Below are positions 27,017 through 33,736 of a stretch of DNA of 35,783 bases, piece after piece; the stretch's first letter is position 1; each line of letters starts with the position of its first letter. Both the position numbers and the translations under genes were made by a program. The notes under the pieces were generated by a model. The model was not told the DNA's origin, ran no database searches, and saw only the letters and a list, made by a program, of their open reading frames with translations. This stretch comes from a virus (Duplodnaviria; Caudoviricetes), in IMG/VR virus record IMGVR_UViG_3300034102_002954, positions 1 through 35,783 of that record. The stretch is one strand, 5' to 3'.

Positions 27017-27199
27017 TTAAATTATAGCACTATTTTCTTGATTGTCAAGCATATATTCAACAGTGCTTACTACATCATTCATTGCACTCCTAAGATTTGG
27101 TTGTTGACCAGATTCTTGCCTCAATATTGGTCTCGAATCATCACATAAAGTCCAACGCCATTGTTTCATTTCACCACAGTACCAAAGATTAATTTTCAT
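27017..27199 (-). CDS. Hypothetical phage protein
   Basis: 60-aa ORF, ATGA-coupled to the upstream dioxygenase. Confidence 0.7.
   Translation of the reverse strand: MKINLWYCGEMKQWRWTLCDDSRPILRQESGQQPNLRSAMNDVVSTVEYMLDNQENSAII
27021..27048 (-). promoter_or_regulatory. Sigma70-type promoter TTGACA-N16-TATAAT with extended -10 (TGcTATAAT)
   Basis: -35 at 27048-27043 and -10 at 27026-27021, embedded in the 3' end of the 60-aa ORF. Confidence 0.75.
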
Positions 27200-28332
27200 A
27201 GAACTTGATCAACAGGATTTGTCCAATCATTTGTAAATGATCGTAAGTACTCTATTTTACTCAACATTTTCTCATTGTCAAGTACAAACTCTTCATTTGC
27301 AAAGTGCAGTTTACAATTATTCTTTAAAGCTAAATTCATTAAATATTGTCTTCTGTCTGGATCATCTGGTAGTGAGAAAATACTAAACAGGAACAAATGA
27401 TCAATATTTCCATGCTCAATCAAATGTTCCAAATGTGCATGATGAGTACCTTCATTATCTGCATGTTGATATGGAAAAACATACCCCATTCTGGAGCAGT
27501 AATTTCTTACCGTAAGAGTTTGAAAATGAAGATCAATTCCTTTTGTTTTAAATCCTTCATACTCAGCGTATGTTGCAGTAGATTCCCCTGGTTTAATTTC
27601 TACAGGTGTAGAATTAATATCAAGATCCCCTAATTTTCTAAAATAAGCACCTGGCCATTTACGATGAGGTTGACCATCTTTCAATAAAATTCTTACATCA
27701 ATACTAATTCTGGTTTTGTTAGTAAGATTTGGGAAATTACCATGAATATGTTCTTGAGTGAACAGATGAAATTGTCCTGGTTTAATATTTACAGGAAATG
27801 CATGTTTTGTGCATTCTTCTTGGAGTTTTTCATATGACCAATTCTCTTTAACTGCATCAATAGTAATTCTTCTACTTTCTTCTAAAGGAAGAATTTGCAA
27901 ACTATTGCTGTCATAACATTCTGTAAATGCCATCCAAACGGTTCTTAGTCCAAGACCATTTCCAACCCACCTTCCTTGATGAAAGTGAAGAAGAGCACCA
28001 ATTTTATCTTGATTTGGAATAACTGCCCTAACGTTCCCAAATTTTTGAATTAGAACATCACGATCAATTTGTGATACAACGTACTGTTTAACAATATCAT
28101 CAAAATATTCATAAAATTCTGTTTTAGTTAAGTCTTTACTAACTTTTGACATTAAATCAGAGACTTTTCCACCTTCAACATATTCATGAAGGAGACTTAG
28201 ATCTTGAACGCTAGGATAATATTTTTGCACTTCCCTAAGAATAATCTTATTCATTGGATATTTTTCCAAATCATAAGTTACATCTTTGTTATCAAAGACA
28301 TCAATATATTTAAAATTTACTTCGTTTTTCAT
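27196..28332 (-). CDS. Two-domain protein: StrG/PhyH-like 2OG-Fe(II) dioxygenase plus a C-terminal LIC12192-like domain
   Basis: N-domain IQ...VR...P...FHQG.W.GN...VWMAFT...HGN.PN.T.KTRISID.R; C-domain Q...VRNYC...FSIFSLPDD..RR...AL.NN..LHFANE. Confidence 0.7.
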   Translation of the reverse strand: MKNEVNFKYIDVFDNKDVTYDLEKYPMNKIILREVQKYYPSVQDLSLLHEYVEGGKVSDLMSKVSKDLTKTEFYEYFDDIVKQYVVSQIDRDVLIQKFGNVRAVIPNQDKIGALLHFHQGRWVGNGLGLRTVWMAFTECYDSNSLQILPLEESRRITIDAVKENWSYEKLQEECTKHAFPVNIKPGQFHLFTQEHIHGNFPNLTNKTRISIDVRILLKDGQPHRKWPGAYFRKLGDLDINSTPVEIKPGESTATYAEYEGFKTKGIDLHFQTLTVRNYCSRMGYVFPYQHADNEGTHHAHLEHLIEHGNIDHLFLFSIFSLPDDPDRRQYLMNLALKNNCKLHFANEEFVLDNEKMLSKIEYLRSFTNDWTNPVDQVL

Positions 28333-28351
28333 ATTAGAGTTATTAACTCAA

Positions 28352-28423
28352 AGCCCCCGACAAGATTTGAACTTGCGACCTGAGCTTTACAAAAGCCCTG
28401 CTCTACCACTGAGCTACAAAGGC
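28352..28423 (-). tRNA. trnT: tRNA-Thr (anticodon TGT)
   Basis: GCCTTTG TAGCTCAGTGGTAGAGC A GGGCT TTTGTAA AGCTC AGGTC GCAAG TTCAAAT CTTGT CGGGGGC T; folds as a cloverleaf, no encoded CCA. Confidence 0.92.
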
Positions 28424-28434
28424 AAAAAAGAGAA

Positions 28435-28920
28435 TTATTCCTCTTTAAAAGATTTAATTTTATCAAATCTGAAAGGTCCATTAAAGGATCCCCAGATTTG
28501 TTCATCATTCTCAACATCAAATCCCTTATCAATGACTTGATAAAGATTTTCACTAAGAATACTTTCAGTCATTAAGTATGTAGTCTTAATTCCCCAAGGA
28601 ACAATACAGTCTTTGCAGGAATTTTTTCCAAAAAACTTACCTTCTCTGTATTCCATAATAATATCACATCCAGGGAGATGCGTCAATTCTTCACTATCCT
28701 TATAATTTTTAAGAAGAAGATAATTCTCTTCTTCAATTACTTCAATAATTGTTTTACGATATGGATTTGGATCTGTATTGTATTTTTGAGATACTGTAAA
28801 TTTATTATTAGAAATCTGATGATGTTCTATTTCTATTAAAGCAAATTGACTAGGATTTGCAAATGCTTGTGCTTGATTGTTAAAATAACCTTCAAAGTAT
28901 TTACAAAATTCTTCAATCAT
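28435..28920 (-). CDS. cpeT: CpeT/CpcT-type phycobiliprotein (T-type) lyase
   Basis: G.FNNQAQAF.NP..FA.I, PYR, GCD, C.V, TYL, D.G.D and QIWGS..GPF.F.K signatures. Confidence 0.9.
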   Translation of the reverse strand: MIEEFCKYFEGYFNNQAQAFANPSQFALIEIEHHQISNNKFTVSQKYNTDPNPYRKTIIEVIEEENYLLLKNYKDSEELTHLPGCDIIMEYREGKFFGKNSCKDCIVPWGIKTTYLMTESILSENLYQVIDKGFDVENDEQIWGSFNGPFRFDKIKSFKEE

Positions 28921-29188
28921 CTGGTAATTCCTCTGGGTTTTCTAAATCTACTGGAAATAAAAATGGATGTACTTGCTCATCAATTAGATAAAATGAAGTT
29001 CTATATAAATCTTCTGGTGAAAATTTATTATTTTCATTAGCTATAGTTATAACTTCTGGATCTTCAGAAACTATAGGTGAAAGTTCATCAAAAGTAAAAG
29101 GAACATTATTTATAAAATACATTTTAACAATAACGTCTTCATTATCAAGTTCATACCAACAATAAGTGCTACCGATTCTATATCCCAT
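28913..29188 (-). CDS. Hypothetical phage protein
   Basis: 91-aa acidic ORF overlapping the cpeT start. Confidence 0.75.
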   Translation of the reverse strand: MGYRIGSTYCWYELDNEDVIVKMYFINNVPFTFDELSPIVSEDPEVITIANENNKFSPEDLYRTSFYLIDEQVHPFLFPVDLENPEELPDD

Positions 29189-29224
29189 AAGAATCTTCTT
29201 TTATTATATATTAGGGGTAAACAA

Positions 29225-29434
29225 TTATTCCCCAATATAAGTTTTAGGGTGGTATTTAAGATATTCGTAAAATGTCAATTTCATTTCTTTTTTAGACATA
29301 CCACAATGCTTGGCAGCAGCTGGAAGTGTCATTTTAGCATGAAATAATGCTTCATTTGCTTCCCTCACATTCTCAGGTGTAGTTTTAACAGGTTCCTCTT
29401 TTAAATTTTTATAAGAAACTTTATAAGGGTTCAT
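29225..29434 (-). CDS. Hypothetical protein, possible HTH
   Basis: TLPAAAKHCGMSKKEM is HTH-like; likely start ATG 29434 (MNPY). Confidence 0.7.
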   Translation of the reverse strand: MNPYKVSYKNLKEEPVKTTPENVREANEALFHAKMTLPAAAKHCGMSKKEMKLTFYEYLKYHPKTYIGE

Positions 29435-29507
29435 AAAAAGGGTTTTTAGCAAATTTTTGGCGGGAAATTTTTTCGACCAAAAATGGAATTAAAGTCCAAT
29501 TTTGGTA

Positions 29508-29578
29508 AGCGGGCAACGGGGATCGAACCCGTGACTACAACTTGGAAGGATGGTATGTTACCGCTACACCATGCCCGC
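29508..29578 (-). tRNA. trnG: tRNA-Gly (anticodon TCC)
   Basis: GCGGGCA TGGTGTAGCGGTAACAT A CCATC CTTCCAA GTTGT AGTC ACGGG TTCGATC CCCGT TGCCCGC T; perfect acceptor and T stems. Confidence 0.9.
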
Positions 29579-29583
29579 AAGGA

Positions 29584-29784
29584 TCACCCTTTCACAAGGG
29601 GATCAGCGTAAACTAGAGTATCAGATCCGAGAGTTGTCCGAACAAAGCTGAGAACGTTTAGAAACTCATCACTATTAGCACAATCAATCACCTTTTTATT
29701 ACCCAAATTCGAATAAATCAAAAAAGTGCGAGTGCTGGGATCCACGACGCAACGTGTGAGATACTCTTCATTGTCAAAAATCAT
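29584..29784 (-). CDS. Hypothetical phage protein (66 aa)
   Basis: Start moved to ATG 29784 (MIFDNEEYLTRCVVD; AAAGGT SD) because the longer call overlaps the promoter. Confidence 0.7.
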   Translation of the reverse strand: MIFDNEEYLTRCVVDPSTRTFLIYSNLGNKKVIDCANSDEFLNVLSFVRTTLGSDTLVYADPLVKG

Positions 29785-29808
29785 GGCATCACCTTTGTTT
29801 ACCTCATC

Positions 29809-29837
29809 ATTATACATGGTCAAAAAGCATCTGTCAA
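29809..29837 (-). promoter_or_regulatory. Perfect sigma70-type promoter TTGACA-N17-TATAAT driving the tRNA/cpeT unit
   Basis: -35 at 29837-29832 and -10 at 29814-29809. Confidence 0.85.
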
Positions 29838-29841
29838 GCCT

Positions 29842-30402
29842 TTATGCGAGTGAGATTGTCCCATATCTAGTGACACCATCAGAACCTCTAACGGCAACTC
29901 TAAGAGTAGTATCATTCTGAAGGAAGAATTGCATAGTACTATTAGTACCTAAAGTTGCAGTATTACCAACTCCAGACGTTGTTATGCCAGAAACTACTAA
30001 TCTATTAATTGCAGCAGTTCCAGCAGATTGATTAATATTATTACCAGATCCACTAAAAGTAGTTACACCACTAACAGAAACACTGGTTAAAGTAGTTGTA
30101 TTATATATTGTTGCTCCTGAAGAAGTAACAATTCCAACTACATTTAGATTACCTGAAGTAGTTACAATACCTGCAGTAATATTAGGAGCACCACTTAATC
30201 CCTGTGCAATCGTTGCAATTCCTGCAACAGATGCGTATGAAGATGTTGCTGCATTTGACACTGAGGAACTTAAAGATGTTCCATTTCCAAATGTACTATA
30301 AATCTCATCAAAATTAGCATTAATTTTTTCTGCTCCTGCTCTTAGAGTATCTCCAGTACCATCATTAGATGTCGATCCAATACTAATAAGTGATTTTGCC
30401 AT
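29842..30402 (-). CDS. Virion protein with a T4 gp9/gp10-like N-terminal domain (short fibre/connector)
   Basis: MAK..I.IG...NDGTGDTLRAGAEKINANFDEIY signature. Confidence 0.8.
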   Translation of the reverse strand: MAKSLISIGSTSNDGTGDTLRAGAEKINANFDEIYSTFGNGTSLSSSVSNAATSSYASVAGIATIAQGLSGAPNITAGIVTTSGNLNVVGIVTSSGATIYNTTTLTSVSVSGVTTFSGSGNNINQSAGTAAINRLVVSGITTSGVGNTATLGTNSTMQFFLQNDTTLRVAVRGSDGVTRYGTISLA

Positions 30403-30426
30403 TATTATATAAAATAATTTTCTTAT

Positions 30427-30434
30427 TATTTATT
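30427..30434 (-). promoter_or_regulatory. Late promoter AATAAATA
   Basis: NATAAATA in a 33-nt intergenic gap upstream of a structural gene. Confidence 0.6.
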
Positions 30435-30435
30435 A

Positions 30436-31635
30436 TCAGTTGGCATCAAACTTTACACTTGTATCATCAAATCTACTGTCTTCATTATCAAAGACATAGA
30501 TTGTTGTTGGTAATCTAGGATCAACTCGCTCAACAGAAGAAACACCCAATCCAATGTTCACATTTTCTGAACTATTTCTTGTCTGTACTCTTTTATAACT
30601 CCACACTCTCAACTGTTGTCCATGTCTCCTTTCTTTCAATGAGTTTACTTCACTAAACCAAGTGCTAATCCCAACTCTTAATGCTTGAATTTCAGATTCT
30701 AAAGTATTAATACTATTAATGATTGTTGTTGCATTAAGACCTGAAGCAATAACAAGTGTACCAGAAGCAGACATGAGTAATGGGGGAAATCCAGTTGATT
30801 CTAGTTTTAATGTTACTGGATTAAAATTAACACCAAGACCATTAAAAGTTCCTGTAGTAATACCAGTCAATCCAGAAACTATTGAGGCATATTCTGGTTC
30901 TGCGGTAAATGTTTTAGATGGATGATCATATGCTCCAGGAATTCCTACAGTACCAATTCCTGGTCCAGTAACTTTAACATATTGACCTATTACATTACTA
31001 CTACTATTCCAAGATTCACTATCCCAATTACCAGAATCGCTAGTTACATAATAAGTAAGAACACCATCATTATATTTTGAATTTTTGAAGAAAGAATCTA
31101 CCTTCCCTTGTCCAGCATTCTGAGTTGTTAATACTGGAAATTTATAATTCTCTAAAGCATTATCATTAGGTGCAACTCTATTTTCTAAATTAGGATATCT
31201 TAAAATTCTTATGTTATCAGGTCTAACATTCCCATAAGCAATTTGAGGAGTTCCTGGATTTGCTGTTCCACCAAAACTAAACCCACCAATTACCGCTGGA
31301 TATTCATTTTTATCAGATATGACATCAGAATCTAAATTTGCTTTATCAGCTTCAACTGCACATAATGGAGATCTTATTCCAGGAATATAAACAGACATCA
31401 CAGAATTACAAATAGAAACTATCTGAGATTTTTTAGCATTTATTTGATCCAATATAGGTTGCACGTTTTCAAGTATCTCAAGATCCAATTCTTTTGCTGG
31501 TAATTGATACTGACTAATAGAAGTTCCAGCTATTCCTAATGGAACAGCAAATGTTGAATTACTGTCTGTTCTATTTGATGATTCGGAAGTTAATCCAGAA
31601 ACAACTGTCTGCCCAACGGTTGATAATGTTGTCAT
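30436..31635 (-). CDS. Putative virion structural protein
   Basis: 399 aa in the late-gene block; coiled-coil segments; C-terminal FD heptad motif. Confidence 0.65.
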   Translation of the reverse strand: MTTLSTVGQTVVSGLTSESSNRTDSNSTFAVPLGIAGTSISQYQLPAKELDLEILENVQPILDQINAKKSQIVSICNSVMSVYIPGIRSPLCAVEADKANLDSDVISDKNEYPAVIGGFSFGGTANPGTPQIAYGNVRPDNIRILRYPNLENRVAPNDNALENYKFPVLTTQNAGQGKVDSFFKNSKYNDGVLTYYVTSDSGNWDSESWNSSSNVIGQYVKVTGPGIGTVGIPGAYDHPSKTFTAEPEYASIVSGLTGITTGTFNGLGVNFNPVTLKLESTGFPPLLMSASGTLVIASGLNATTIINSINTLESEIQALRVGISTWFSEVNSLKERRHGQQLRVWSYKRVQTRNSSENVNIGLGVSSVERVDPRLPTTIYVFDNEDSRFDDTSVKFDAN

Positions 31636-31655
31636 AACTATGGTGTACTGTTAAG

Positions 31656-32468
31656 TTATTTATTTTTCCAATTACCATTAATAGTATATTCACTATTATC
31701 TCCTGGATAATCTGCTGGTGTCAACCCTATGTACTCTGGAATATTTTTTGGAGTATCCTTTCTTTCTGCAGTAATCGTATAGTAACAATTTACAGATCCA
31801 CCAGAATTATTTTTAACAATAATTCTAGATCCCCATTCTATTTTTTCAACAAACAATTCTTGATGATACCCAATAGGTGTTAATGTTACTCCTATTGTTT
31901 CTTGATCTATTAAATTACTCCAGTATTCTGGTAACGTAATAATATTTTCATTTTCCAATTTACCCCTAATATAAACTTCCGCAGCAGGACCTTCTAAACA
32001 AACATATCGAAGGCGATGATCATCTTTTAATGGGTGTGGTATGTCAAAAGATTTTTTAGATTGTGCGATTGCTCTAGTAGTCGTCATATAAGACGCCGCA
32101 TTACCAACGCCAGACAAATTCAATACACCATTACAAGCAACATTAGAATTACATACAATATTATCATTTGCTACGGTAGTTCCATTAATAATAATGTTTC
32201 CGTTAAAAATTGTATTTTGAATATTCGCAAGTAAATTAGGTAAATCTCCACTATTCTTTTCAAATGTAACTAACGCTGTTGATACTCCATATAGGTGGAA
32301 GTATGCATAGTCTGCTTGATTGTTGAAAAATAAAACTCCAATATCATTTAATTTAAAAGAAGTGTCTATTGGAATATCACTCCACCATTTAGAATCACTA
32401 TCATCAAAATTATAATTTTTTGCTGGTCCAGTGAAGGTTCCGTACTGTCTAAAATTAAATCCTGGCAT
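31656..32468 (-). CDS. Virion/tail-associated protein with a FDIPHP...CLEGP C-terminal domain (copy 1)
   Basis: KSFDIPHP...LRYVCLEGP..EVYIRG.L...I.LPEYW.NL.D...I.V.LT...Q.LFV...CYY...AERKD. Confidence 0.7.
   Translation of the reverse strand: MPGFNFRQYGTFTGPAKNYNFDDSDSKWWSDIPIDTSFKLNDIGVLFFNNQADYAYFHLYGVSTALVTFEKNSGDLPNLLANIQNTIFNGNIIINGTTVANDNIVCNSNVACNGVLNLSGVGNAASYMTTTRAIAQSKKSFDIPHPLKDDHRLRYVCLEGPAAEVYIRGKLENENIITLPEYWSNLIDQETIGVTLTPIGYHQELFVEKIEWGSRIIVKNNSGGSVNCYYTITAERKDTPKNIPEYIGLTPADYPGDNSEYTINGNWKNK
31657..31664 (-). promoter_or_regulatory. Late promoter AATAAATA
   Basis: Overlaps the upstream stop codon, about 20 nt before ATG 31635. Confidence 0.5.
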
Positions 32469-32469
32469 C

Positions 32470-33153
32470 TCAAATCTCCGTTTGCAATTTATTTACATCT
32501 TTTCTTTCTGCAAATACATGGTAGAAACAATCAATAGGTAATTCACCAAACTCAGTCATATAATTACCTATAATTATTTTATTATCTTTAATTTTAGCAA
32601 CAAATAAAGATTGTTCAAAACTAATAGCAGTCAAAGAAACTGTAATTGTAGTTTCATCTACTAAGTTAGTCCAATATTCTGGTAATTCAATTGTATTATT
32701 ATTTCTTAATCGTCCTCTAACATATACTGAATGTTCTGGTCCCTCAAGACAACCATAAACTAACTTTTTATTTTCTTTTGTTGGATGATCTATTACAAAA
32801 TTTTTCGTATTAGCCATCAAAACATTAGTATAAATTATATCAGATTTAATTAACTTAACAGATAATAATGTATCAACTTTTAGAAATGATTTTATTCTGG
32901 CATATGTTTGAACGAATAATGAAAGAAATGGTATCGTTCCAACTTTTGTAACATCTGGATTTTTAGTTGGACCACACATAACCGTGGCCATTTCTTGAGG
33001 TGCTGGTTTAAATAAACTAGGATCACCAGTTACAGTGGGTCCTTCTAAGTATCCAGATCCTCTTACTTCGGTTGGACCAACACCTAAAACATTTGTTGGA
33101 TTTCCTTTACCGAGAAATAATCTTTTCCCTATTTCTATATCTGGTAATTTCAT
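32470..33153 (-). CDS. Virion/tail-associated protein with the same C-terminal domain (copy 2)
   Basis: KNFVIDHP...LVYGCLEGPE..VYVRGRL...I.LPEYW.NLVD...CFY...AERKD. Confidence 0.7.
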   Translation of the reverse strand: MKLPDIEIGKRLFLGKGNPTNVLGVGPTEVRGSGYLEGPTVTGDPSLFKPAPQEMATVMCGPTKNPDVTKVGTIPFLSLFVQTYARIKSFLKVDTLLSVKLIKSDIIYTNVLMANTKNFVIDHPTKENKKLVYGCLEGPEHSVYVRGRLRNNNTIELPEYWTNLVDETTITVSLTAISFEQSLFVAKIKDNKIIIGNYMTEFGELPIDCFYHVFAERKDVNKLQTEI

Positions 33154-33157
33154 ATTT

Positions 33158-33736
33158 TTATAAACTAAACATTTCTTGAGTTTCTAAACCAGAACTATGT
33201 TTAGAATTTAATCCAGTTGTTGCACCATCAGCACAATCAACTAGACCACCGTAAAAATTTAAAGTATTTTTACCAACAATTTCACATAGTCCAGAAGAGA
33301 AAAATTTAACCACAGAAGTTCCATTTACTTCTATATTTTTAGCCCTCATTACAACTTTTTCGTCAGCATCAAGATTTATAAATCCATTTTTACCATTCTT
33401 TCCTCTTGCTTTCATGTCAATATTATCCGCCATTAAACGTATTCTTCCGTTAGCGGCACGTAAAACAATATCACCATCAGCAACATTCAATATAAACCCT
33501 ATACCATCGATAGATTTCTCAGCACAATGTATTTGATATGTTGTTGGACAGCGATTGATTGTCCCACCCTTCATTTTACCAGTAGAACAGAATTGCATAA
33601 AATGCTCTGCTTCTGGTCCTGGTGGTCCATTTCTCAATTGAACACCAGACATTAAACCATTTATGTCAACATGACCAAATTTTAATTCACCTTCATGTGT
33701 ACCAAATCTTCTTGCTTCGGTTTTAGGTTTTGTCAT
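33158..33736 (-). CDS. Putative baseplate spike-associated protein (gp5 C-terminal beta-helix-like)
   Basis: Short beta-repeat pattern (GDIVLRAANGRIRLMADNIDMKA...INLDADEKVVMRAKNIEVNG); TAATG-coupled to the gp5-like gene. Confidence 0.55.
   Translation of the reverse strand: MTKPKTEARRFGTHEGELKFGHVDINGLMSGVQLRNGPPGPEAEHFMQFCSTGKMKGGTINRCPTTYQIHCAEKSIDGIGFILNVADGDIVLRAANGRIRLMADNIDMKARGKNGKNGFINLDADEKVVMRAKNIEVNGTSVVKFFSSGLCEIVGKNTLNFYGGLVDCADGATTGLNSKHSSGLETQEMFSL

Noticed and set aside
28286-28553. ORFs 28286..28540 (+) and 28329..28553 (-)
   Set aside because: They overlap tRNA-Thr and cpeT, which explain the sequence.
29503-29508. Encoded CCA end on tRNA-Gly
   Set aside because: CCA begins two nucleotides after the discriminator (T-TA-CCA), so it is not in position.
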